DNA of 64,000 nucleotides from positions 1 through 64,000 of the forward strand of contig NKIB01007262.1 in the NCBI GenBank assembly GCA_002256025.1. The letters run 5' to 3'. Within the stretch, counting starts at the first letter, position 1. Every line of letters begins with the position of its first letter. The notes beneath the pieces were generated by a model that worked only from the letters and a program-made list of their open reading frames with translations, had not been told where the DNA came from and did not search any database. A program made the translations under genes and the position numbers. The stretch comes from Asterionella formosa (Eukaryota). Below are positions 1-11,767 of the stretch, one piece after another.

Positions 1-155
1 TGTTCGGGATTACATGAGTAATCAGGCAAGAACAAGACCTAGATAGACTATTAACAGAAAGCTCACAATATTACAAAGTGTAAAGTGAAAATACGTTTTC
101 AGCTTTAGAGATCTTAAAAGTAAGATCTGTGATATTTCAACTAGACAATTTAACA
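1..155 (+). repeat. Candidate 5' LTR of Copia element A (TGTT...AACA)
   Basis: Window begins TGTT and TAACA ends at 155, 31 bp before a Copia gag ATG (187). No second LTR copy in the window, and the window edge may be coincidental. Confidence 0.45.
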
Positions 156-186
156 CGTTTTAAAACGAACCTACAGGTCTAGAGAC

Positions 187-714
187 ATGGTTACGGCCGA
201 TGAGAAATCAGGTGAGACTGTTCGCTTGATCAAGTTTGATGGAAGCGAAACTGCTTGGCATGAGTGGAGTATCAAGACTCTTCAGCTTGCGAAATCTAAA
301 GGTTTTAGGCATGTTTATGCCAAAGACACAAAGCCAATCGACGATGATGCCTATTTGGTGTCTACTGATGATGACGAGAAGAAGAAGTACGAGTTGAATG
401 ACAAGGCATATCAGCTATTGATTCTTAGTGTCAGTGGGATTGCATTTGGGATTGTGAATTCTGCCAAGACAGATGATTTGATGGATGGAGATGCTTTTCT
501 TGCCTGGCACCAGTATTTGGAAGATCGATATGCTCCTCATCAAGTTACTGATTTGATTCAGCTAACAGGTGAATTCAACGATTGTACTTAGGAAAGTACT
601 AAAGCAGACCCAGATGAATGGTTCATTGCTCTCGATAACATCAAGAACAGAATGCGTCAAATTGATACATCATTTGAAAAGAAAGAGGTTGAAGTCATTG
701 CGCACATGATAAGA
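187..714 (+). pseudogene. Ty1/Copia gag (UBN2-type) fragment, element A; in-frame TAG at 589-591, truncated at ~714
   Basis: FDGSETAWHEWS...NDKAYQLLILS...GDAFLAW..LEDRY gag motifs. The reading frame continues past the stop as ESTKADPDEWFIALDNIKNRMRQID...EVEVIAHMI, then homology ends abruptly. Confidence 0.8.
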
Positions 715-3123
715 ACATCCATAATTTGAGTAGTTGAGTGGTTGCATGTTGGATCCTTGCTCCTTGGTATTTGCTAACACATTTGCATTCGAGTTATGTA
801 TGCAGTCAACACAGTGGCGGGTAGCACAGAGGTCATGAAAATGAAATGGATCATAGTATGGTGTCTTACTACTAGGTGGTGTTGAGGCTTTCACAGATGT
901 GGATTCAAGAACACATGGGTTGAGATCATTGTGAATAATTTTCCATTTTAGGTGGTTGAAGTTCCAAAGAGCCGTCCAATCAAGGTCAATCATCATTTCA
1001 AGTTGTGTGATTCTGTCATACGTAGCAGCTGATTGAGTGTTGACAAGATCCTTGACAGTGTGGAAGGTTGGAAGATTCTTGTGACCATAAAATATCCCAG
1101 GTAAAAGTAGAATGGAATTTGTCAATAGCATCCATGACGCTGGTGCAAAAATGAAAGGTACAGGAATATTCTTCTGTTTGCATCGGCGCTGTGTGCGAGC
1201 AGGATTATCAGATGGGGAAGAAAGGATAAAGTATGTCACTGTATCCCAGAATATTGCACTAATCCAAAATAGGATTTTCATGATAAGGTATGTTGACTGG
1301 ATCGAGTCACTTGGCATTTTCAGGTCCTCTCCAGCAATGTCATTGTTGTTGCACTCCAGATTTGCATGTGTCTCACACACAATGTTATTTTTATTCTCCC
1401 TCTCAATGACAGAAGTGTTCACGTTTGTTTCGCTCTTTCTGAAGGTAGTTGGAGTAGGAGTATATCCGCAAACAGACACATCGACATCAAGTGGATGGAT
1501 AACAGGAGCACACCATACCCCAGTAAAGGTCATATCGTCGAGTGGTTCAGTGGTAGTCGTGGAAGGATTAGGGGTAGTGATATCAGGAGGACCGGCAGGA
1601 ATGGGGTTAGGGTTGGCAACTGCTGAAAAATTACTCTGTGGAGTCTCTGGTGGAGCAGTTTTGTGCGATGTGGGACCATTGGTGGTGGTGTCCAAAAGGG
1701 AGCTGGCTGGCAGGTTGATTGGTTGCTGCAGCTCGCTGACGGGCACGATAGTTATCAAGGTGACAAGCCGAGTCCAAGTGACTAAGCTGATAATATCCAA
1801 TCTTGTTGGTCGCCCGACACTTACACTTTGTGCAGAATTTCCAAACTCGTCCAAGGTCATCAGTTTTGGTTGTAGTAAGGTTAACTGGCTTGATGTATTT
1901 CCAATCAGCCAGATCAGCAGAATGTTTACGAGTGTGGGATACGCCAGCAGGAGGTTGGGGACAGTTGCGAGAGAGATGATCACCACTTCCACAGCGATAG
2001 CAGGTGCGGGTGTTTGCACTGGTGTTCATTGAGAGATTGGCTTCTGGGAGTTTGGTTGCCAGAGCAGGCCAATCAGGTTCAGATAGTAGAAGAGCTCCAT
2101 GAGCTGCTTGCAAAATTGCAATGACTCCCAGTGGGCCAAACTTGGCGTATTTTGGGTCCTTGGTGAGTGTCTTAGGATCGGACAGTTTGTACTCATGCTC
2201 AAGTGTTTTGACTTCATCAAGGAGGGTGTACATTTTACGATTGAAGTACTCACACGAAGTTTTTGTGAACTTCTGAATCAATTTGAAACCAGTATTGACA
2301 GGCAATGCACCTTGCATGATTTTGATAAGACGTTGTGCTTCAGTGGTAAAATCCGTCACATTTTCACCCGGATAGGAGTCAAGAGAGGCCATCAAGTTGG
2401 TTGCGTGCCTCTTCGACATCATGGGAGACGGATGCATTCCAGGTTTCTAAGGCCATCATGAATAGACAAGCACCGGAGAGGTACTCAAAATCGAATCGAT
2501 GGTCAAATCTGATTTCCATTTTCTCACGGAAGGTCGAAGTAATTAGAGAAAACACGAGCATGCGTGACAATTCAACATCTTCTAACTCATACTGATCAAA
2601 TGCTTCGAAGTCAACATTGGTTGCTTGTATCTGTGCGACGAGCAAACTCATCCACAACAGTGACAAATTTGAAGCGATGAGAGTGTTCGAATAAGTCAAC
2701 AACTGTTCTATCATTGTCTTTGATTGCATAGAAGGTTTGTTGGCCATGCTCTTTCACCTTTTCTTTCAACATACTGATAAATTTTTCTTTTCCTATCTCA
2801 GGAGAAAGTCCAGCAGTTGCTTCAAGTTTTTCCATTGAACTTGACAGTGGTTACAGAATCGCGTGCATCTCTGAGCTTCTGTTCAATGGAAGCAATCGTT
2901 TTTTCATGATGATGTTGCGTCAAGAATCGATAGGCGCTTCGGTTTGGTAGAAGGTGGTAAGTGTCATCAAGTTGAGCACCTCCAATGAATATGCCATATG
3001 TGGTATGAATACCTGCCTCCTCTCTGAGGGTCTCTGAGGGGGAACGTTTGGAAGATTTACTGGATTAGACATGGTCGTTGATCTTGTAATCTGATGGAAG
3101 CTTTATTTATTCTCTTATAATGT

Positions 3124-3136
3124 TGGGCTCATAACC
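3124..3136 (-). promoter_or_regulatory. Primer-binding site complementary to the anticodon stem-loop of initiator tRNA-Met (half-tRNA type)
   Basis: Minus strand reads ...ATAACA-AGT-GGTTATGAGCCCA. The plus strand TGGGCTCATAACC resembles a tRNA-iMet anticodon arm (CAT anticodon). Confidence 0.75.
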
Positions 3137-3139
3137 ACT

Positions 3140-3366
3140 TGTTATAGATGAATATTACTGTTGACAGCTCTTGCAATGAGGCAGGATGAAGTAGACTCTT
3201 GAGGTTGTTCTAACTTGTAGAAGCGGAAGGTTTGCAATGACGACTAATTCCTAAAGTATTTATTAGAAATTGTGAGCTATATATTATAGACCGGAAGTGA
3301 TGGTGGTACAGGTAATGATGGCAGTATATTTGATTCAAAACCAAATACCGGTATCCAATTCTGACA
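3140..3366 (-). repeat. 5' LTR of Copia element B (~227 bp, TGT...ACA)
   Basis: Ends ...CTATAACA immediately before the PBS. The far end TGTCAG at 3366 is inferred. Contains TATA-like and AATAAA signals on the minus strand. Confidence 0.65.
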
Positions 3367-3745
3367 TCATCTTATGATATTCCATGGTAACGGTTCTATA
3401 ACCGGCAATGAAATAAAAATCATATGTACACCACTCATGCATACTTTCGTTACCTGGTACCAGGTACTGTACCTGGACCTGGTTCCTGGTACCAGTACTC
3501 CGGATTTTGCAACAGAAATCCAGCAGCTATGTGCATCTCAGCCATGTTATCGTTGTACGTTCAAGTCGCATCGCACTCAGCCTTCCTGCTCGTTTCATAG
3601 ATATCTACAACAGCATATTAAGTCACTCCACTGCTGAAGGAGCACTACCAGTACCTGGTACCATCCATACCATCAGGTAGACCTAGTCGTAAATCAAATA
3701 ATTGAAGTGCATTTATTTAATAGTCTGATTCCGCCAACGCCAAAC

Positions 3746-6727
3746 ATGACCGCAGCCCTTCCACCACGCCGCTCCGGGTCCATGGAGGCATCGAACTCCC
3801 AGCAGACATCCTCGGCCGCTGCCGCCACTCAGTCACTTCAGCTTTTGCTTCGAGAAGACAAGCTCTTGACCCTGCACGAACTGCACAAGTCGAAAAACTC
3901 GGAGGAAGCCGCCTTTTCCTATGCCGCTGCACTGTTGCAATCAGAGGGCGGAGGTGTGGAGCAGCGCGCTACCGAAGCCTTGGCGGAAGTCGATCGCAAG
4001 CTCATGTTGGTACAATCCTTGGCCGAACGCGTTAGTCGCACCTCACCCGACGCCGTCGCAGGACCACTCTTGAGATTGCATGGATATGAAATCGGTGAGG
4101 ACGACGTCGACCAACAAAATATCGAAGATTCTTCGTCAGCCATATCCACGTCGACGGGATCGACTCTGCTTGCCACCCGTGATCGCTGCCATCGATTGCA
4201 GCGCCAGTCGGAAGTATTGGAGGGGGTAGCAAAACGTGTTGAAGGATCCTTGCAAAGGGGATTGAAGCGCATGGAGACTGCAACTTCTCGCCTCGAGCGG
4301 GTGTTGCAATTGTCTTCGTCACTCAAAATGATTCTTCGCCTTCAATTCGAATCACAAAAATTAAACGGTTACGTTTTGGAGGATTTGAGAGACTTGACGA
4401 GAGCCGCGGCGTCTGTAGCTGTCATGGAAGATTTGCTGAATCAGATTTCAAGTGAACAGGAGCCGACCGTTGTCAAACAAATGCGTCCAGACGCAGAAGC
4501 AGCAGCAGCAGCGGTCAGAAAAGCAGCATCTGCACTCTTGCAGCAGCATCAATCTGGCGCGGGGGTGGCACAGCTTGGAGCGACACTACAAGTATACTTT
4601 CATTTGGGAGAATTGCCCGATGCTGCCTGGTCCGCCGTCGACCATGGTTTGACTCAAGCAAAGTCCACTTCAGCTGCTATTTGGTCCACCACAGCCATTT
4701 CAAACTTGATGGAACAAGCAAACGCTCAGGCGAGGATCTCTGGCAAGACAGAATCTGCCATTTCGCGTAATTTGCTCATGAAATTAAGGGAATTGCGAGC
4801 GGAAGCGGCTGCTCACTGGGCCTCAGGCATTTGCAATGCGTCCTTACAAGTGTGGAATTTGCATAGAGTTCTCTTGCGCAAGTCAGACCCAATTAGCCGT
4901 CAAGTTTTTATCGAAGTTGTGGCTACGGCGCCTGTTCCAGATGCATACAAAGAGGAAGCACGTAAGAGGTCTGGCGAGACATTTAGCGTATTTGGAATCT
5001 TTTGGGACAAGCTCTGTCAGGATTTGGGAATATTGTTGCACGATTTGTTGAAGAATGACAAACTGGCACCGGATGTGGCGGCCTTGTACCCGTCTATCCG
5101 TAAGTCCTCGATTAATCTGTTAGGGAGCCTCTATGATACGATGCAAGCTGGGTCGACCAACTTGTCCCTCGAAGATACGTCGTTGACCATCGGTATTTTG
5201 GGGGGATCCAATGCCTTGGACGATGCCTTCTGGAGTACAACTGCGGATGATCCTTTAACGGTGGCGAGTGCCGACACTTGGACTCGATCAGATGCCCAAG
5301 ATCGCGAGGATGAGTCTGAAGGAAATACATTCTTTTTCTCTGGAGCAAGCACCACGTCCCTTTCTGCTATCTTCCAATCATCGGAATGGAAGTCCCTTCA
5401 GTCCACTGGACTCTTTCCGCTTCAAAACGCTTTTGTGGAGGCATGTCGCGATCGTCTCTGTGCTCCTATCCACTTCATGTTCCCTGAAGGAGTTTCGGTT
5501 GACGAAGACGGCGTTGCCATCTCGGTCCTTCCTTCACTTCCATCCCGATATGATATGCAAAAATTGGATCAGAACATTCGCGCGGAGCTAAGTTTGGCAG
5601 ACCCTCGCGAAGGTGGTGGCGATCTTAGCATGACTACAATGATTGCCGCTGTGGTGGTGGATATGACGGAACGCTTTTGTGCTCGTGCCAAAACTTCTGT
5701 AAGCGAAGGTGGTGAAGCTGGATGCTTGACTAGTGATGGTCGGCCTACTGAGAACCTCTTGCACGACCTAAAGGTTGCCAATGTCTTGAGTGCCCTTGCG
5801 AGTGCTATCCGGAACGCTCCTGAGAATACGTTTGTCGTCCCTTACCGTCCTGCAATATCCATCCAACACGAAGAGGCTGCCGATCTATGCCAAATTGCCC
5901 TCATGCCTGCCTTAAATGAGATCGAAAAGACAGTCAAGACGATGATTTTGAATCCACTCATTCGTGCTCTCAACCGGCGTGTGGGTGCAGGAATCGCACA
6001 ATTGCACAATGGAGCCTATTTGGAAATGTCTTTGGAAAGTAATGAAAGTGACTCGTTTGTTCAAAAGCACTTGAGTGCGCTCTATGAAAACATTGCTGAT
6101 CAGCACCTTTCCAAGTTACCCGCAGAGTATGCCAGTGTTGTGGCGGCATCAGTTGTCACATTCACCATCTACACCTTTGTGTCGAACGTTTCCTTGGTCC
6201 GTCCTCTTGGCGAGACGGCCCGTCTCCGCATTACCCAAGACCTCGCTGATCTTGAGTTATCTTTGGAGCAATTAGTTTTTAAGGCGGGCACTTCAATGAG
6301 TCTCAGCCAAGTTGAACTTGGGAAACCTTATGCCGAGCTCCGTGCTATTCGCCAAATGCTGTTTTGGACTGGTCTAGAGAACAAAACTCTGGCCGCATCT
6401 AGTATTTCGAAAAGCATGCTCCGGGAAGTCTGGGTAAAGGACGTCCGTCCATCAACTGTCTTCCAATTTTTGTTCTCGTTTGCTCCTTCCTTGTTGGCAT
6501 CACCTCATCATTCGAAGCGCATGCGCCCAGAGGCATACGTCGGCTCCTTAGTTCAGCTTGATGGATCCATTGATGATGGTGAGGTTGGCGCTTGGATGAC
6601 AACCATGGCTTGCTGCGATTCCTATCAGCAGCGTGAGAGCATGGATTCCGGTGCAGATGGCGACAAACGAATTGCTGCCGTTTTAATGATGCTTGGGCCT
6701 GAACTTCTTCGAAGAAAACGTCACTAA
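3746..6727 (+). CDS. COG5: Conserved oligomeric Golgi complex subunit 5
   Basis: Intronless ~990-aa helical ORF (first ATG 3746). C-terminus RPLGETARLRITQDLADLELSL...LGKPYAELRAIRQMLF and LASPH match COG5; N-terminal coiled coil. Confidence 0.85.
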   Translation: MTAALPPRRSGSMEASNSQQTSSAAAATQSLQLLLREDKLLTLHELHKSKNSEEAAFSYAAALLQSEGGGVEQRATEALAEVDRKLMLVQSLAERVSRTSPDAVAGPLLRLHGYEIGEDDVDQQNIEDSSSAISTSTGSTLLATRDRCHRLQRQSEVLEGVAKRVEGSLQRGLKRMETATSRLERVLQLSSSLKMILRLQFESQKLNGYVLEDLRDLTRAAASVAVMEDLLNQISSEQEPTVVKQMRPDAEAAAAAVRKAASALLQQHQSGAGVAQLGATLQVYFHLGELPDAAWSAVDHGLTQAKSTSAAIWSTTAISNLMEQANAQARISGKTESAISRNLLMKLRELRAEAAAHWASGICNASLQVWNLHRVLLRKSDPISRQVFIEVVATAPVPDAYKEEARKRSGETFSVFGIFWDKLCQDLGILLHDLLKNDKLAPDVAALYPSIRKSSINLLGSLYDTMQAGSTNLSLEDTSLTIGILGGSNALDDAFWSTTADDPLTVASADTWTRSDAQDREDESEGNTFFFSGASTTSLSAIFQSSEWKSLQSTGLFPLQNAFVEACRDRLCAPIHFMFPEGVSVDEDGVAISVLPSLPSRYDMQKLDQNIRAELSLADPREGGGDLSMTTMIAAVVVDMTERFCARAKTSVSEGGEAGCLTSDGRPTENLLHDLKVANVLSALASAIRNAPENTFVVPYRPAISIQHEEAADLCQIALMPALNEIEKTVKTMILNPLIRALNRRVGAGIAQLHNGAYLEMSLESNESDSFVQKHLSALYENIADQHLSKLPAEYASVVAASVVTFTIYTFVSNVSLVRPLGETARLRITQDLADLELSLEQLVFKAGTSMSLSQVELGKPYAELRAIRQMLFWTGLENKTLAASSISKSMLREVWVKDVRPSTVFQFLFSFAPSLLASPHHSKRMRPEAYVGSLVQLDGSIDDGEVGAWMTTMACCDSYQQRESMDSGADGDKRIAAVLMMLGPELLRRKRH

Positions 6728-6974
6728 GCAATATCGTAATGGCTGAACATTTTCCAAGATTGTTTCCCAAGCATGCTTTCTATTACTAGATATTTTCTAA
6801 TTTGCTCTATTAGTATGTGCTTTTCCACTGCTGACCTAGCTAACATGCTCCAGTACCACACTTACCAGTATTGGTCCCCGCAACAAGATTAGTGGAGTAC
6901 TTATACGAGAAATTAGGATTGCACAACAACAAACAGTACTACATACTATTTTTCCCGTCACAAGCATTGCCCCC

Positions 6975-9063
6975 TTAGTTGACGGGATCGGAGGAGCTCG
7001 CTTTGTTTCGAGATACCGGCAACTTCATCTTTGTCTTTCGCAAAATGGCCATGGCGATTTGACTCCCCTCTGAGTTAGAAATTTGCCTTTTTGGTCCTAA
7101 GGCCTTGGGAGGCAGCCCAGTCTTCAAGAGCAAAACTGTATCGTCCTCTGCAGGTGTTTCCAAATCGGTTGGTAGTGAATCAGCCGAGATATCTATTGGT
7201 GGCGGTGCTCTTGAAGGCGCTGGCCTTACCCCACGACTTCCTTTACCACGCATCGACACTGGATATGATCCTACCTGGTTGCTGGAACTATCCAGCATTT
7301 GATGGGTGGAGCCAGGTGCTCCTCGCATATGTCCCGAATGAACCTGTGGTGAATGATGAGGTGGTCTCATCAAGTTGTCGGCGTGTGGGCGGAACGGGTA
7401 TCGCGAATCGTAGGGAGGTGGGCACGCTACCATAATTGTCGGAGAGGCTGGTGGGGGGTAGTGCCTCATCAAGTTGTGTGAATCCTCTGGATGGTGTCCC
7501 ATGTAAGGCCGCCACATTGAAGGACTTCCTCGCGAATAATTTGCCCCATGACTAGCGACAAACAATTTTGAGGTGTCTGCGTCTAGCTTGGAGTGGTTGG
7601 TCCAAGATGGCCTTTTCTCAGGTGAGATCGTTTGAGTACCACCAGCAGAGGACGACTCCCTACTACCCCCGTCAGATCTTGAGGCAGCGAGAGAAGGAAC
7701 GCGAAGGAGATTATGGGGCGTCTGCAGTGACCGTTGTATCTCCGCGTTCGATAAATGGGATTCACTTTCAGTAGAAAATTTCATCTTGCGGCAAAGTTGT
7801 GGATCGTCCCTCACAAAGTACTGAATGGAAGAAAACGAGAAATGAGTGAACAATTTGTATGCCGACCCAAAGTCTCCTGACATAGAGAAACGAAGAACGT
7901 ACCTCATGAGTGTATGCTCCAACATCTGGACCGTCCGTTATTTCACAGAATCCCCAAGCTCGCACATGCCACAAAAACCCATCAATGGACCCAGTCCCCC
8001 TCCCATCTTCATCAATATGGCAAAGCTGCGAAAAGTACCGAGGCAAAATTTCCCGTCTAAGTCCGTCCCAACGGACAATCTTCCATGCTTTCCCGTGATG
8101 AAGCCACTGCAGTACATTATGCGTTAGTACAGTGTGTAAAACGGATGGGAAATCGGGAATCACAGGGTGACTGGGCATATCCACTTGAGGAGAAATAGCC
8201 ATGATGTCAGCCGTGTCCCCAATCTTGGCTGAATCTGTTAAGGCCTGGCCGTCCTTGGCATCGTATGAGTCCATTTGACATGACGAGGATGTTTGAACGA
8301 TGAGGGCTTGAGCGGGCGATGTGTCATGGCCATGCTGCTGGTCGTTGCAAGATGTGTTGCTGACTGGACTGATTTGGCAAGGCATAGCTGGAGTTTGTCC
8401 CACCAATTGTGTCATTGCAATTTCGCCACCGTTTCGTCGCATAAAATCCAAATGCTTTTTGCGTTTCTTGAAGGGAACGGATTCTGGTCTACGACCAGCT
8501 AGTGCTGGTTGAATAGTAGATTCTGAGGAAACTGATGCGCTTGCCGCCATCATGAGTGCTGATGCAGCAACTTCTTCTTCACTTTGACAGCGCGTGGGAG
8601 TTTGCGCATTCGTTCGGGTGAGCTCTTGCGTGCAGCTGTCAGGAGAATCTCGTTTCTGACCCTGTGACTGCTGTTGTGGATGTTCCCTTGTGACATGCAC
8701 TGCTTGCCCCAAGTGAGCCGCGTGAACATGCTGCTGATGCTGGTGCAGGTGCTGATGCTGCGCTGAATAGTGGTCCATGTGATAGTGCATTTCTGCTGGA
8801 TGATGCCACATGGGGTGCATGGGATATCCCACACGCGCACCTGGTGAACCGTAAGGATAAGGCATTCTTGGTTGTTGTTGGTGGAGGTGATGTTGATGTT
8901 GATGATACCCGACGAGAGCTGGCTGCTCACTTGGGTGCATGCTTGGCCGATGTGTAATGGGCGAGGCGACATGCGTCCTTGGATGCTGCTGATGCTGCTG
9001 CTGGTGGGGATCCGAGCGGCCTGGGGGATAACTCGGAGTGGGCGGATCGGGTCGATGTGGCAT
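6975..9063 (-). CDS. HSF-type DNA-binding domain transcription factor (2 exons; intron 7821-7902)
   Basis: FPSVLHTVL...LQWLHHGKAWKIV...EILPRYF...WGF.EITDGPDVGAYTHE|YFVRDDPQLCRKM is joined in frame by a GTACGT...CAG intron. His/Gln/Pro-rich N-terminus. Confidence 0.85.
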
Positions 9064-10585
9064 CTTCTGTATTGTGTGGTGCTTACAAACGCAGTATGCT
9101 ATGCCAAAACGGCGGGAGACTTCTTCGCCGACACCAATAGATCGAAGGAGGAAAGCACCAGGTCCGAATGTCAAACAGATCAATCCAAGGCGTGAAGTGG
9201 ACGATGGGGTGCAGAGATAATGTTGGTGCAACTTTCGGACACAGAAAACAGATGCAAGAGGAGCACAATCACAACAAACAGCCTCCAATCTAATTTTCGG
9301 CCAGATCGATTCGAGGCGTTGTAGTCACAGTCGGTTGGCTCATTTGAACGCTGAACATACACCCAATGAAGATTTGAATTGCATCCGTTGGATCTGGAAC
9401 TACCTAAGTAATATAATTGTATCGTGGTGATACGAAGAAATGTCATCCTCTTTGGGTATACATATAATCAACTGTGTAGAAAGGTATTAGCGTCCTCGCA
9501 TGGAGGCGCTGCGTGGGATCTGGGCTTATGTGATCACCCATTCCCGCGCCTTTTGGGCATTGTCGGCGTTTGGTATTCAACTACCGTAATTTTTATCAAC
9601 TATAGAAGGGTGTCAGCGCTCGCATCTTTGCAACGGAAATAAACGTAACAGTGCACCCATTCTTGTCGTGGAACGGATCCTGAATCAGGTACGGTAGAGA
9701 CTGCAAATTGTCAAAGCGAGAGCGAATTGAATTGCTTGCCTTGCTTGGTGCTCACGAAAAAATTGCTTTTGGCTGTACCTGCACACATACATGTGATATT
9801 TTACTGGTAGACTACCAGTATAGTGTTTATTTAACATCTAGCTGACCATTGACGATTTGCATCCTGAGGAATGGTAATATTTTCGTCCAGGAACCAATTG
9901 GTCAATTTCAACAAGTCGTCTTTTAATTGCTGTTGGAGTTGGTCCTGGTGATACCTAGTACCAGGTTGCTTAATAATAGTGCATCGAACAATCATTCTTT
10001 ATCATCTAGTTCAACCCCATTACCCAGTTCTCAACATATTTATACCCTGTGACCCTGGTTGTAGTTGTGTTGCTCCCAAACAACAAAAATGCATAATGTA
10101 TAAATTGTTTCAGCAATTGCAGGGGAACTAGTCAGTCTACTACCACCAGTGCCTGAGGAGTCAGTACTCTAACAATACCAGCAGTTGATACTCCTATATT
10201 CTGTGCTTGAGGGAGACTCCTTCTTCTGAAATCCTACTCCTACTCCTGCATCATCATTATTATCTATTTTTAGCCCCCACTCACCCTTTTGCAATAAAGG
10301 ACACTAAATCTAACAGGCACCAGGTAATCCATTTTGGAGGAATAAGGCAACTCCAAGATGATAATGCATGCATAGAAAGAATTCTGGTACAAACATATCT
10401 AGAGTAAAAGAATTGTTAAGTAAACTTTATAAAGTAAACTTTATAGCTAGTATGCTATTGTTCAAGAACTCGACAATTGTGGAGGTTGTGAAGTCGCACT
10501 TTGCCCCCCAGAGGGCCTTAGACCTACTTGTTGTCTGGGCCTGTCTCACCACCCGGAACCCAAGGGACTACATAAACAAAGCAGG

Positions 10586-10647
10586 TGGAGAATGCGGGAA
10601 TCGAACCCACCACCATGGCAGGTGAGCTAACCAACTAAGCTATTCCC
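10586..10647 (-). pseudogene. tRNA-derived sequence (tRNA-Ala-like 3' end, anticodon arm reduced); possible SINE head
   Basis: Minus strand GGGAATAGCTTAGTTGGTTAG (A-box) ...GGTTCGATTCC (B-box) CGCATTCTCCA. Only 62 nt long. The 5' 20 nt are repeated at 10673-10693. Confidence 0.65.
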
Positions 10648-10845
10648 TGGTATTTCTTCGGAATATATATCGAACCAACTAAGCTATTCCCCCAAAACAT
10701 AGCTAGAGTAAAAATAATCAGTCCAGTACCTCTAGCAGTAATTTACTAGTAGAACCCATAGTAGTCCATTTAGTAGGTCTGTCTATCTACAGGAATATGA
10801 TATCAGAGCTTTGTTGTCAATATAGACTGGTGACACCCGCGTCTG

Positions 10846-11620
10846 TTATGGTCTGTCCATACATTCCCCAGACCTTGGGCCTGTGGATACTAGAAGCACA
10901 TCCATCGCCACCATTGCTGCCAGGAAGCCTCCTGCTTCAGGGCGTAGCGACGACATTTTTAGCCCTCCCCCAGAGGAGGATACAAAGCCGTGTCTGCTTG
11001 CTTGTGCCTTGCTTAGTACTCTGCTATGTAATTTCCATCCATGAGAAGCACATGAATGATTGAGAAGAGATCCATCGGAAGCCATAGCCACTTTCCCTTT
11101 TATTAAATGTGTACAAAATGATGATGTGTCCTGTGGTAAACAATAATCTCCTAGAGCCTCTCTCAGCATGGGATGCATTGATCTAATGTAACCTTCGATT
11201 GATCCATTCTTTGATTGTACCAACTTTGATTTATTTATTTGGTGATACTGAGAAGAATAAGCACCGGATATCTCAATAAAATCACCCGATTTTGCCGACA
11301 CTGTTGTAGGTAGCAAATGTTTAGGTTTCATGAAAGAAATCGTGAAAGACGTGCAGAATGTGTGGAGAGTGTACGAAGGTTCTTGATGAACCTTGTATAA
11401 CCCACTCTCTGTAATCGCCATTAAACGTCTTTCTTGAGTATCCACAAAGTATGTCCACTTCTGATAAAGGGGTGGTTTCTAGGAAAAACTGAGTTCCCAT
11501 TTGAAGAATAGGCGGGAATGACCAAACAGGGCCAACAGCATCTACACCAATTTTACAGCACACTTCCAAGGCAGCACCAATTGAAAAAAACAGCCAAGAC
11601 CCACCACAGTGTGGCCTCAC
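10846..11620 (-). mobile_element. Non-LTR retrotransposon (LINE) relic, RNase H region
   Basis: VAMASDGS...HGWKL...SSLRPEAGGFLAA and a frameshifted VWTD: RNase H D/E/D motifs as found in diatom LINEs. Confidence 0.65.
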
Positions 11621-11767
11621 ACTCTTTCGAACTCACAAACAATGTTCATGTTGTGAGCCAACAAAGGGAACCATTTGTAATACATCAGAAAATGTGTATG
11701 CTGCATTGCTGACGCGATGAAAACTTTTATTTAATGCTGCAACTTGATTAAAAATGACAGTTCACTC

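Larger units (their letters stand above)
715..3366 (-). mobile_element. Truncated diatom-type Copia (CoDi-like) retrotransposon B: 5' LTR + PBS + frameshifted gag, pol missing
   Basis: gag ATG at 3072. Fragments in ORFs 2611-2835, 2379-2747, 1631-2437 and 670-2019 join by frameshifts: LDSYPGENVTDF, zinc knuckle CYRCGSGDHLSRNC, second Cys/His motif WKFCTKC...LSH. No PR/IN/RT motifs seen. Confidence 0.85.

Noticed and set aside
1112..2032. 306-aa plus-strand ORF
   Set aside because: Antisense shadow of the Copia gag region; no recognisable motifs.
10586..10647. Functional tRNA gene
   Set aside because: Too short; no proper anticodon arm and a weak acceptor stem.
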